DNA of 64,000 bases from an uncultured virus (IMG/VR IMGVR_UViG_2061766007_000596). Its lineage: Duplodnaviria > Heunggongvirae > Uroviricota > Caudoviricetes. The stretch lies in the IMG/VR virus record IMGVR_UViG_2061766007_000596; one strand, given 5' to 3'. Positions 22,220-32,881 of the stretch are shown one piece after another (the stretch's first letter is position 1; every line of letters begins with the position of its first letter). The translations under genes were made by a program, and so were the position numbers. Under the pieces are notes generated by a model. It made no database searches and was not told the origin of the DNA. It saw only the letters and a program-made list of their open reading frames with translations.

Positions 22220-23164
22220 TTAAAAGTTGAAGCCACCCATTGCAGCAGGAGCAGCTCCTGCAGCACCGGCCTTTGAAGCCTTATAATCATCAGCTCTCTT
22301 CTTAACATCTGCAAGATAAACCTCTCTGTCAGACAGAAGCTTCTTAACTTCGTCAATTGTGATACCATTTTCAGGATCGCCAATCTCATATGTTGACTCA
22401 GGCTTAGATGTTCCTGTGATAACCCACTCTCTAACTGTTCTTGTATATTCCTTTACAGAAGGCTCACCGAATGCTGACTCTTCCTCAACCTTACGAACGA
22501 TTGTTTCGCTATTAATCTTACCCCAAACCTTTGTGAATACAGGGTTCTGAGCAGACGCATCAAGTGACTCAAAATACTTCATACCACCTTCGGACTTAAC
22601 TACGAAGTCAACAGGAAGGATTGCATTTCTAAAATCAAATACAGCACCCTTTACAATTACATAATCTTTTTCGATATGCTTCTCTTCATCAGCTTCAACA
22701 TGAACTACACCATTGATAAGCATATCACACTCAAATGTGTTTCTCTTTGATTCATCTTCATCAATGCTAGAGATAATTGTTACGAAACCGCCATTATTTC
22801 TCTTAGCTGAAACGAGAGTCTCCTCACCATTTCTATCTGTATAAAAATCATTAAGTGCAAGTGCAGAATCAATCTTAACCATTGTGGCTGCATCCTTGCC
22901 ATCTTTAAGAACTGTCTTACCATCATTGATAATCTTCTTCAGAGCAGTATAAGTTGCGTTCTTATTTCCCTTAGAAGTTGTTTCTGTCACATATGTGAAG
23001 TTAACCTGAACAACATTCAGACAAGCATCATCAGTTGCTACATCAATTGTTCCACCAATATATGCTGTACCGGGAACCTTAGAACTCTCACCAGTTACCT
23101 TCTCTGCAATAGTGAAATCATAAATTCTTCCTTCAATGTGTGTGCTATTCTTTGCTTTTCTCAT
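22220..23164 (-). CDS. putative single-stranded DNA-binding protein
   Basis: Beta-rich, next to the Sak4-like gene, flexible tail ending in GGFNF, highly-expressed-type codon usage; function inferred. Confidence 0.55.
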   Translation of the reverse strand: MRKAKNSTHIEGRIYDFTIAEKVTGESSKVPGTAYIGGTIDVATDDACLNVVQVNFTYVTETTSKGNKNATYTALKKIINDGKTVLKDGKDAATMVKIDSALALNDFYTDRNGEETLVSAKRNNGGFVTIISSIDEDESKRNTFECDMLINGVVHVEADEEKHIEKDYVIVKGAVFDFRNAILPVDFVVKSEGGMKYFESLDASAQNPVFTKVWGKINSETIVRKVEEESAFGEPSVKEYTRTVREWVITGTSKPESTYEIGDPENGITIDEVKKLLSDREVYLADVKKRADDYKASKAGAAGAAPAAMGGFNF

Positions 23165-23211
23165 ACGTTTTTCTTACCTTTCTTTTTTCTTATTTATTAA
23201 CTGATAATAAT

Positions 23212-23240
23212 ATTATATCAAAATTTTTATAAATTGTCAA
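23212..23240 (-). promoter_or_regulatory. sigmaA-type promoter
   Basis: TTGACA-17 bp-TATAAT with extended TG. Confidence 0.85.
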
Positions 23241-23243
23241 GTA

Positions 23244-23606
23244 TTATTCCGCATCTACATTAACGTCAATACCCTTCTGGGTAAGACTATAAACGACGGG
23301 ATCCTGACCAACTTTCTCTACGTAGCCATCTGATACGAGCTTTCTCATTGCTCCAGACGCTGTTCTTGACGAAATACTAAGTCCTTCGCCAATTTCCTTA
23401 GCTTTGAAGAGATTATTATATGTATCCTTATTTTCTTGGATATATCTTAAAACCAGCTTGCCATTCTCTGTGAAAGCGGGCTTGCCTGTATCTCCACTCA
23501 TCTGAAGTCCATTCCAAAAATCAAGAGCGTCAGGTGATAAGAAGTTTTCAGGTGCATCTTGTAACAATTTTGTAATTTCATCAATAAATAATTCTTTCTT
23601 AGTCAT
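23244..23606 (-). CDS. winged-helix DNA-binding protein
   Basis: KAKEIGEGLSISSRTASGAMRKLVSDGYVEK...YSLTQKG. Confidence 0.75.
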   Translation of the reverse strand: MTKKELFIDEITKLLQDAPENFLSPDALDFWNGLQMSGDTGKPAFTENGKLVLRYIQENKDTYNNLFKAKEIGEGLSISSRTASGAMRKLVSDGYVEKVGQDPVVYSLTQKGIDVNVDAE

Positions 23607-23647
23607 TTTTATTTCTCCTATTTATTTTTCCATTTCTTTATATAAAT

Positions 23648-23676
23648 ATTATATCATAATTTTTATTAATTGTCAA
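23648..23676 (-). promoter_or_regulatory. sigmaA-type promoter
   Basis: TTGACA-17 bp-TATAAT; the -35 lies in the last codons of the upstream gene. Confidence 0.85.
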
Positions 23677-24358
23677 ATAATATTAATTCATTAGCATATG
23701 GGAGTGTCTTTATCCAGTCACAAAATTGCCACCATTCTGAAAGACGATGGTCTTTTCTCCAATGATATATATTTCTAAGAACTGAATAATTAGCTGTCCA
23801 TTGTCTTGTTTGAAGCCATGACTCTGGAAGCAATCTAATCAATTCCTTCCAATACCTAACGTTTTTTGTTTCAAGATAGCGTTTGCGGAGGGTCTCACAA
23901 TAGCAGATAATACTTTCCCACATATCTGCTGTATATTCATCTATATTATATGGTTCTCTGTCATACATCTTAAGTGAACCATCATAATCATCCATTTCAA
24001 AACATTCCATTGTAATTGGAGTAGATGCAAGCTTATGCATTGTAGATGTTGAATCAGCTGTTGTACCTACCTTATAAGTGTCCATTTCTTTCCACCAATA
24101 TAAGGGTGCAGTAATGTCTACACTAACGAAGATTTGACGAAGAAATTTATCGTTAGGAGTACCTGCTTTAATCATTCTTTGAGCAAGATTAAGATCATTA
24201 GGACCTATGGTATATCCACAATCACAATCACTAACACCATTTACATTTTTACAGCCTTTCCAAATATAGCTGTCTGCTTTATGATAAGATTCCATGGGGT
24301 GCCTTAATCCTCTAAAGGCACCCTCCCAGTTTCCTGTCCAAGTATTTTCAAATTTCAT
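23666..24358 (-). CDS. divergent ThyX-like (flavin-dependent thymidylate synthase fold) protein
   Basis: KFLR...APLYWWKE, LLPES, ANY..LR and R..HRLSEW follow the ThyX layout, but the RHR motif is absent. Confidence 0.6.
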   Translation of the reverse strand: MKFENTWTGNWEGAFRGLRHPMESYHKADSYIWKGCKNVNGVSDCDCGYTIGPNDLNLAQRMIKAGTPNDKFLRQIFVSVDITAPLYWWKEMDTYKVGTTADSTSTMHKLASTPITMECFEMDDYDGSLKMYDREPYNIDEYTADMWESIICYCETLRKRYLETKNVRYWKELIRLLPESWLQTRQWTANYSVLRNIYHWRKDHRLSEWWQFCDWIKTLPYANELILFDN

Positions 24359-24987
24359 TATATCATCTCCGCAACAATTTCATCACATATTCCAAGTTTA
24401 AGAGCTTCATCTGAAGTAATCCACCAATCATCACGTTTTTTACTTTCATAAAGTTCATCAGAAATATTTGTATATTTTAATGTAATTGCTTTTAACATTG
24501 CAAGTTGTTTATCATAAAATTCAGCGAAGTTACGGAATTTACCTGCATCTCCACCATTCATGGTACTACCTTCATGATACAAGAAAGTAGAATGTTCATA
24601 TGCAAATCTTTTATGTCCAGCTATAAAAGTAAAGAAACCACCTGAATAAGCACAACCTATATTAATTGTCCAAACAGGAGTCTTAGACATTTGAATTGCA
24701 TCAATCATGGTTAATGTTGCATTTAAATCTCCTCCGCCGGAATCTACATATATCTTAATAGGCTGACGCTCTTCTACAGGAATTTCATTTTCATCATCTA
24801 ATTGATTAAAAAAACGGATATAAGCTTCTACACTTTCACCAACATCTGGTTCAATATCACCTAATATAATTTCTCTTTTGAAATAAGAATTCATTTCAAT
24901 TACATTAGAAAAGTTTTTAACTGCTTCTTCATAATTACCTTTTAAAGCATCTATAAGTTCTGTTATTTTAGGAATTTGATAAGTCAT
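24358..24987 (-). CDS. ClpP-family protease
   Basis: IYVDSGGG, GCAYSGG (catalytic Ser), LYHE (His) and DWWITSDEALKLGICD. Confidence 0.9.
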   Translation of the reverse strand: MTYQIPKITELIDALKGNYEEAVKNFSNVIEMNSYFKREIILGDIEPDVGESVEAYIRFFNQLDDENEIPVEERQPIKIYVDSGGGDLNATLTMIDAIQMSKTPVWTINIGCAYSGGFFTFIAGHKRFAYEHSTFLYHEGSTMNGGDAGKFRNFAEFYDKQLAMLKAITLKYTNISDELYESKKRDDWWITSDEALKLGICDEIVAEMI

Positions 24988-25916
24988 TTAGTCACTCCTT
25001 TATTTTGGTTATAACCATAATTTTTACTATCATATAAATCTATATAATATGCTTCTTTTTCATTTAATTGTGCGGGAGATACTTCTTCTAAAATTTCCCA
25101 TGAAAAATTCCATATACCAAATTCCATCATAGATTTATAAAGTAAATTTCCGGCAGGGGTATCTATTCCTAAACCGCATTTTGCGTGCTGTTTCCATCTT
25201 GTAGCAAGATCCACCGCCTGTCCTATATAGCACTCTTTTGTTTTTTGATTAGTTATTTTATAAATACCTGTTTTGGTTTTTGCACCGATAACATTAGCAC
25301 AAAGAGTATTCATTGGTTTCTGCCAAAATGTCTGCCATATTAACATAGATAAAATGCGGGGATTAGCTAGTTTAGGTTTAATAGATTCGAGAATTTCAAT
25401 ATCTCTTAATTCAATTTCCGGAATCTGTAAACAATAGAAAGAGAGTTTTTGTTCAATTTCTTTCTCTCTTGTTATTGCTTGGCGGGCGGCGGTTCGTGTT
25501 GCCTTAATTTGATCAAGTTCTTCTTGAACTTCGGCCAATTCCCGCATAAGTTCTAATTGACGATTAGAATATGATGTTTCAAGTGCATCTTTATACATAT
25601 CATATTCTTCTTCGTATTCATCATATTGTTTTTCAAGAACTTGACAATAATTTTCAAAAGCTTTTTGTGACATTTCCTTTTGATTATCTATTGTTTTAGA
25701 AATATTATTTTGAATATCAGCTAAATATTCTTTATCTTTTGCTAATATTGTTTTTATTTCTTGATTTTTTTGTTCAAGTTCTTGATTTTGTTTATCAATA
25801 TCTTCATTGTAAAGATGAACGTACTCTTTTAATAGTTTAGCTTTATTAAGAGAACGTACACTATATATAACTAGCAATATGCTAACTATAATTAAAATGA
25901 TTCCTATGGTTAGCAT
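24984..25916 (-). CDS. membrane-anchored coiled-coil protein with C-terminal GIY-YIG domain
   Basis: N-terminal hydrophobic helix, long heptad region, then GIYKITN...YIGQA...RWKQH...E..YI...GYN. Confidence 0.8.
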   Translation of the reverse strand: MLTIGIILIIVSILLVIYSVRSLNKAKLLKEYVHLYNEDIDKQNQELEQKNQEIKTILAKDKEYLADIQNNISKTIDNQKEMSQKAFENYCQVLEKQYDEYEEEYDMYKDALETSYSNRQLELMRELAEVQEELDQIKATRTAARQAITREKEIEQKLSFYCLQIPEIELRDIEILESIKPKLANPRILSMLIWQTFWQKPMNTLCANVIGAKTKTGIYKITNQKTKECYIGQAVDLATRWKQHAKCGLGIDTPAGNLLYKSMMEFGIWNFSWEILEEVSPAQLNEKEAYYIDLYDSKNYGYNQNKGVTK

Positions 25917-25934
25917 AGATTCTCCTTTGTTAAA

Positions 25935-25960
25935 ATAGGGAGAGTAAATACTCTCCCTAT
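25935..25960 (-). terminator. stem-loop terminator
   Basis: ATAGGGAGAGTA/TACTCTCCCTAT inverted repeat followed by a short T run. Confidence 0.7.
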
Positions 25961-25995
25961 CTATATTTTAATATTCAGTTGTCAATGTATATAAA

Positions 25996-26310
25996 TTACT
26001 CAGCCTTGGCAGCAGCCTGCTCAGCTTCGTAAGCAGCTGTTACTGCGTCATGGTCATACTCTACACCAGCCTGTGTGAGCTTAATAACCTTAACGGGCTT
26101 ATGTGTGCCATCCTCAAGAGTTACCTCTGCAGGAATTCTCTCAACGAGATTCTTATTTCTGATAAGACCAGCTGTGATAACACCATCAACTGTCTTCTTC
26201 TCAAGTCCAAGTGCCTCAGCAATATCTGCTGATGTTACGTTTGCATCACCGATGCTCTTAAGATAATTCAATACTGTGAGAGACTTCTCACTTACGGGTT
26301 TAATTGCCAT
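25996..26310 (-). CDS. HTH/winged-helix DNA-binding protein
   Basis: VTSADIAEALGLEKKTVDGVI...IKLTQAG. Confidence 0.7.
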   Translation of the reverse strand: MAIKPVSEKSLTVLNYLKSIGDANVTSADIAEALGLEKKTVDGVITAGLIRNKNLVERIPAEVTLEDGTHKPVKVIKLTQAGVEYDHDAVTAAYEAEQAAAKAE

Positions 26311-26453
26311 AATTTTTAATTCTCCTATACTTTTATTTTTTTTATTTTTCTTTTATATATTATTTAAAGTGGATATTTTTTATATCCTTTACTTTATATA
26401 TATATTANNNNNNNNNNNNNNNNNNNNNNNNNNNNNNNNNNNNNNNNNNNNNN

Positions 26454-28349
26454 NCGGTTATTATTTTTACACCAAGTCTTTGTGCGTCTTTATTCTTGGT
26501 TGTCCCACTTTCAGGTGTATTAGTTATAAGATAATCAGTTTTAGATGTTACTGAACCAGTTACTTTTCCACCTAAAGATTCAATTTCTTTTTTAATTGAA
26601 TCGCGGGTATAATTAGTTAATTTACCTGTAACAACAAAAATTTTATCTTTAATTGCGGAGGTTGATATATTTTCAACTTGGTTATTGGTTGTTGCAAAAT
26701 CAAGTATTTCCGCAATTTGGTCTGCTTCTGTATAATCAAAATGATTTATACTTTTGCTTATTTCAGGTCCAAATCCTTCAAATTCAGTCCAATCACCACC
26801 TACCGCATCTCTGAAATCTGACCATGTAGTATAGTATTTTACAATTTCTTTTGCGATTGTTTTTCCAACCAGAGGTATTCCAATAGCTGAAATAAATGAG
26901 TCAAGCTTCGGGTGTCGCCCCTGCGTATTAATAGCTTCGAGGATTTTTCTAACTGACGCAACTCCAAAACCATCTTTGGTGATCCAATCAGTTTCATATT
27001 TATCGAGTTTGTAGATATCTGCAAGTCCATTAATCCAACCCCAATCTATTAGTTTCTCTATTGTTTTTCTTGATATACCTTTTATATCTAATCCTTTTTT
27101 TCCACAAAAATGGTCAATTCGTTGTGCAAGCTTGCCAGGGCATTCTTCATTATCGCAATAAAGAGTTTCAACACCTGATTCAGATACTTTAATACTGGTT
27201 GGACTTCCGCATATAGGACAGAGAACTCCATAATCTCCACCCAGACCTACGGTAACACCACCCGCCGCGATAATATCTCCATAATCTCTTTTATCTGCTC
27301 TTGTTATTTGAGGTATAATCATATTACTTTTAATTACCCAAATTTTCTCACCAGCATAAGGAGTTGCACCAAGAACTTCTTTCATAATACTCATATTATG
27401 AAGACTTGCTCGTTCAACAATAGAACCATCTAAATCAATAGGGTCAAATACTGCAACAGGAGTAAGAATACCATTACGAGAAACATCATAATCAATATAC
27501 TTTAATCTGGTTTCATATTCTTTATCATAAAATTTATATGCAATAGCTCCTCGAAAATGATGATCAGTATTACCAAGACTTTCATAATATTTCTGGCTTT
27601 CAAATCTAAATACATATCCATCAATAGGAAATTCACAATAAATTTCATCATTTTTCATATTATTAAGAATATTAATAGCATCTTCGACTGTTTCTGCGTC
27701 TCCAACTCTAGGTACAGTATAAAATCCCCAATCATCAAGTTTTTCTAAACGCCAAAAGAAAAAATCAATATCTGAGCATCCTTTAATTAAATCCCAAGCT
27801 ACAAATGTTAAATTGCGGGAGGCTACTTCTTTATTTGAAAGAAGACGTATAGATCCTGAAGCAAGCGCTCTAGGATGGGCATATTGGTCAGATAAACCCA
27901 TATTAAAATCATCCCAACGGCACAAAATTTCTCCATCTATAATAACCTCCTCTTTAATTGGAATAAATTTAGGAATACTAGGAATAATAAGAGCGTTATG
28001 AGTTATATCTTCACCCTCAATTCCATTTCCTCTTGTTTCTGCTCTAACAAGTTTTCCATTATTATAAGTTAATCTACAAGAGAGACCATCAAGTTTAAAC
28101 ATAGCCATCCAATCATGACCTTTAACGAACTTCTCAATCTCTTTTACTTCTTTTGTTTTATCAAGAGAAAGCATAGGTTTATAATTATGTTTTACTTTAG
28201 ATAAAGCAGATACTACTTCAAAATTAATTTTTTGTGTAGGAGAATTTGGATAAATAATACCTATTTCTTCTTCTAATGATTTTAATTCAAAATATAAAGT
28301 ATCCCATTCAAGGTCACTTATTTCTGGATGTCCTTCATCATAAGATTTA
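26454..28349 (-). CDS. ligA: NAD-dependent DNA ligase; both ends in gaps
   Basis: Upstream frame gives YDEGHPEISDLEWD...SPTQ; also KLDG, TRGNG, DGYV, AYKF, Zn finger, HhH and BRCT (VVTG...GG.VTGSVT). Confidence 0.95.
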
Positions 28350-28481
28350 NNNNNNNNNNNNNNNNNNNNNNNNNNNNNNNNNNNNNNNNNNNNNNNNNNN
28401 NNNNNNNNNNNNNNNNNNNNNNNNNNNNNNNNNNNNNNNNNNNNNNNNNNNNNNNNNNNNNNNNNNNNNNNNNNNNNNNNN

Positions 28482-30801
28482 TTGTAGTTGATACTACTTT
28501 ATTATTTTTAATTAAAGTTACTCCGGCGCCATTTTTACTCTGAATTGAAATATCTTTGGCGGAAATGCATATAGATGATTTATTTCCATTAATAAGAATA
28601 TTATCTTCATCAGAAACCATCGCAGCTCCAACAAGAGTCCCTCTATATAGAATAGTCCCCTTTCCGCCTCTAGCTTGGGTTATAAACTCTTTAAGCTCTA
28701 CTCTTTTGCCCATACCATCTGCGCTAAATACTGCAACTGAATCAGTTTCTTTATGAACAGGTAATGCAACTAATACTTCATCATCTTTATTAAGATTAAT
28801 TGCCTTAACACCCATTGTATTTCTTCCAACAGCACCTATTTCTTTTGTTCCAAATCTGATATTCATACCATTTTTAGTAATAACAATAATATCTTCTGTA
28901 TCCTGGAATATTACAGTTGCAACAGAATCTCCTTCTTTAAGTTTAAGGGCGGCGATTCCCGCATTTCTTTTAGCTCCAAGATATTCTGTTAAGAATGATT
29001 TTTTAATCATTCCTTGTTTAGTTATAAATATTGCAAATTGAGGTAACTTTTGTCTATGAAGTGAAGTAACTGCTATTATCTTCTCATTATTATCTAACTG
29101 TACTAAGGTATTAATCGGAACTCCTTTTGTTGTTCCAGCCCCATCAGGAATATTATCTACTACAGTTCTATACATTTTACCTTTATCTGAGAAGAACATC
29201 ATATAATCAATTGTGTTTGTCTTAATTGCAGACATTACTATATCATCATTAGATTTAATTCCCTTCCCGCCTCTTCTCTGTGTTTTGAAGTTTGCTACGG
29301 GAATCTTTTTAATTAAACCAGATTCTGTTGTTACTACTACAACATCAACAGGAATAACTTCTGCGATTTCTTTTTCTTCTGGCTTAATATCAATTTGAGT
29401 TAATTCAGTTCTTCTTGCATCACCATATTTCTTAACTATTTCTTCAAGTCTGCGTCTAACTTCTTTTCTCTGAAGTTCTTCTGAAGCTAATAATGTTTCA
29501 TAATCAGCTATATCATCACAAAGTGAATTTCTTTCATTTTCAAGTTCAATTTTTTCTAATTTAGCCAAACTTGATAATCTCATAGCTAAAATTGCTTTTG
29601 CCTGTACTTCAGATAATTTATATTTAGCTATTAATGCTTCTTTAGCTGCCGCAGAACTTTCTGACTGTTTGATTAATGCAATTACATTATCAATATCTTC
29701 TAAAGCTATTAAAAGACCTTCTACAATATGAAGTCTTTCTCTTGCTTTTAATAAATCAAAGTTTGTCTCTCTTCTTAAACATTCTTCATTATGTTCTATA
29801 TATATTTTAATACATTGTTCAAGATTTAATTCTGTAGGTGTTTTATCTATTAAAGCTACTTGATTATAAGAGATACTTGTTTGTAAACTTGTTTTAGCAA
29901 ACAGTTTCATTGCAACAGAATCAAGATTAACGCCTTTTTTACATTCAATTACAACTCTGATACCAGCTTTATTGCTTTCATCTCTTACTTCAAGTATATC
30001 TTCAATTTCTTTTTTATCACAAATTTCACCAATCTGTGCTAATATTCCTTCTACTGTTTCTCCATAAGGAAGTTCATAAAATACAAGATTATTTTTTTCA
30101 ATCTTATATCTTCCTCTTACTTTAACTGAACCATGACCTGTTTTAATAATCGCAGGAATATCATTTTTATTAATGATAATTCCACCTGTGGGAAAATCAG
30201 GTCCAGGAATAGAAACTGGCTGTCCATCCATATAATCATATATAGCCTGTGCTATTTCTACTAAGTTATGCGGAAGCCAGTTACATGCCATAGCTACACC
30301 AATTCCTGTATTAGGATTACACAGAAGATTAGGGAATATAGCTGGAAGAGTAATCGGTTCTTCAAGACTTTCATCATAGTTAGGAATGAAATCTACATTT
30401 TTCTTTTTAAGTCCGGCTAATAAACCATCTTCCGCTAACTTACTTAATCTTGCTTCTGTATATCGCATTGCTGCGGGGCCATCACCAGATTGAGTACCAT
30501 TATTTCCATGCCAATCTATTAATGGATACCTTAATGTCCAAGGTTGAGATAATCTTACCATTGCTCCATATATTGATGTATCTCCATGAGGATGATATTC
30601 ACCCATTACATCACCGACAATTCTAGCTGCTTTTACATGGGGTTTAGAACTAGACCTTCCCTTTTCAAAAGCAGACCAAAGAATTCTTTTTGCTACTGGT
30701 TTAAGACCAGATTTAGCATCTGGAATAGCTCTATCAGTATTAACAGCAACTGCATACTCTATAAAATTTGTACCTAATTCTTTTCTTATGTCATTCTGCA
30801 T
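28482..30801 (-). CDS. gyrA: DNA gyrase subunit A; stop in gap
   Basis: RAIPD..GLKPV, HPHGD, AAMRYTE (catalytic Tyr), GyrA-box QRRGGKG and beta-pinwheel repeats. Confidence 0.95.
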
Positions 30802-32695
30802 TATAAGTTGCCTCCGAACTATGTTCTTTAATATACGTTTTTCTTGCGGTTACACCCTGTCCCATTAATTGTTCAAATAGTACATTTGTAGCAGTTGCAT
30901 CTTCAACGGTTATCTGCTTAATAATTCTATTATCAGGATCAGTTAATGTTTTTTCAGTCTCGTCAACATCCATTTCTCCAAGACCTTTCATACGATTAAC
31001 TATATATTTCTTTCCCTCATGTGTTCGTCTAAATTCTTCAAGAGCTTCATCATTTTTAAGATATTGATATTCTTTACCTATTATTATCTTATAAAGAGGA
31101 GGCACTCCTGCATATACATATCCATCTTTAATTAAATCTGGACAGAAGTTCCATATAAATGTATAAAATAGATTTTTAATATGCGCTCCATCGACATCAG
31201 CATCTGACATTATAATGATTTTGCCATATCTTAAATCTTCTTTGTTATAAGTGACTTTCATTGTTTTAGGATCAATTCTTAATCCAAATGCATCAATCAT
31301 TGTCATAATTTCTGCATTTTTTTGTATCTGTGCCAATGTCGCTTTCTGTGTATTAAGAATTTTTCCTCTTACAGGCATAACAGCTTGAAATTCATTGTTT
31401 CTAGCCATTTTTAAATTACCTGAAGCACTATCTCCCTCTGTGATATAAATTTCACATTTTAATCTATCTTTAGAGAAGCAATCAGCCAATTTTGTATCAA
31501 ATTTAACTACTTTCTCTTTCTTCTTCTTATCAATTTCTCTAGCTGCATCTCTCGCTTTTTTAGCTGCTTCACGTGCCTTCCGCGCATTAATTGCCTTATC
31601 AGCGATTATCTTAATATCTTTTTCATTATATAATAACCAATCTTGTAAAGATGAAGAAAATGCTGCTATTTCAGGTTTAGTATCAATACTTGTTACACGG
31701 GACTTAACCTGTGCATCATATGCGACACTAGGGGCTGTATAATTGAATACTATATACAGACCTTCCTGCACATCATCACCAGTTAAGTTCTCATCTTTAT
31801 CTTTTAACCAACCTTTATCTCTAAAAAATTTATTCATTTCTCTTGTTATAGTGGTTTTTAACTGAGTAATATGAGCACCCGTATCTGTTAAACCTGTATT
31901 AACATAAGGAACAATAGTAGATGAATAATTAGATGTATATGTCATTACAAGATTTAATCTATATTTATCTTCTTGATAATCGACACTTAATCTATTTGAG
32001 ATAATTTCATTATCTTTAACAGCTTCATCAACTAAATCATGAAGTCCATTAGTTGATTTATATGTTTCATATGTTCCATTATAATTAAGATTAATTACCA
32101 ATCCTGGACATAAACAACTAATAGTTTTAAATAAATTTCTTATTTTAGATATTTCAACTTCTGTATGCTTAAAAAATTCTTCACTTGGTTGCCATGAAAC
32201 TATCGTTCCATTAGGATTAAGTGCTTTTGTTGTTGGTTTTTCTCTCTTCTTAAAAATACCTTCTTCAAACCAAATTTCTTCACTTGCTCCATCTCTCCAT
32301 GTTTTAACATGAAGCCAATGGGATAAAAATGTTGTTATTTTACTACCAATACCAAATGAACCTAAAGAAGTTCCTTCATAAGTTCCATCTTCTCTATATT
32401 TACCTGAAGTATTTAATACACTAAATGCTGCTTCAAGAATAGTTTTTCCATCATCTCTGAAGCTGTTAGGAATGAAACCTTGTCCATAATCTTTTACTGT
32501 CACTATATCTTTATCTATTGTAACATCAATCTGAGAACCATTTCCTGCATTATATTCATCAACACAGTTAGAAAATATTTCTACTAATAACTGAGTTGAA
32601 TAAGTACAATCACCGGCATATACTCCTGGACGCAGCCTAGTGAACTCTAATGGAGATAATGATTCTATACTATCTTCAGTATATAATTTTCCCAT
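30791..32695 (-). CDS. gyrB: DNA gyrase subunit B
   Basis: RLRPGVY, EIFSNCVDE, DYGQG, EGDSA, PVRGKILN, DADVDG and KGLGEM. Confidence 0.95.
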   Translation of the reverse strand: MGKLYTEDSIESLSPLEFTRLRPGVYAGDCTYSTQLLVEIFSNCVDEYNAGNGSQIDVTIDKDIVTVKDYGQGFIPNSFRDDGKTILEAAFSVLNTSGKYREDGTYEGTSLGSFGIGSKITTFLSHWLHVKTWRDGASEEIWFEEGIFKKREKPTTKALNPNGTIVSWQPSEEFFKHTEVEISKIRNLFKTISCLCPGLVINLNYNGTYETYKSTNGLHDLVDEAVKDNEIISNRLSVDYQEDKYRLNLVMTYTSNYSSTIVPYVNTGLTDTGAHITQLKTTITREMNKFFRDKGWLKDKDENLTGDDVQEGLYIVFNYTAPSVAYDAQVKSRVTSIDTKPEIAAFSSSLQDWLLYNEKDIKIIADKAINARKAREAAKKARDAAREIDKKKKEKVVKFDTKLADCFSKDRLKCEIYITEGDSASGNLKMARNNEFQAVMPVRGKILNTQKATLAQIQKNAEIMTMIDAFGLRIDPKTMKVTYNKEDLRYGKIIIMSDADVDGAHIKNLFYTFIWNFCPDLIKDGYVYAGVPPLYKIIIGKEYQYLKNDEALEEFRRTHEGKKYIVNRMKGLGEMDVDETEKTLTDPDNRIIKQITVEDATATNVLFEQLMGQGVTARKTYIKEHSSEATYNAE

Positions 32696-32726
32696 TACTC
32701 TTTTCCTTTCTTTCATTCTTACTAAT

Positions 32727-32755
32727 ATTATATCATAAATTTTTCAAATTGTCAA
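32727..32755 (-). promoter_or_regulatory. sigmaA-type promoter for gyrB
   Basis: TTGACA-17 bp-TATAAT with extended TG. Confidence 0.85.
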
Positions 32756-32856
32756 CTTTTATCCGCACATAGCTAAGTTCTAATTAACTGTATAGCAATT
32801 AAAAATGGAAAAACGAGTTTGGCTATGCTTAATTAGAAAAAATGGGCATAAAAAAG

Positions 32857-32881
32857 AAGCGGAGGAATTTATCCTCCGCTT
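32857..32881 (-). terminator. terminator overlapping the endolysin stop
   Basis: AAGCGGAGGA/TCCTCCGCTT stem followed by CTTTTTT. Confidence 0.75.
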
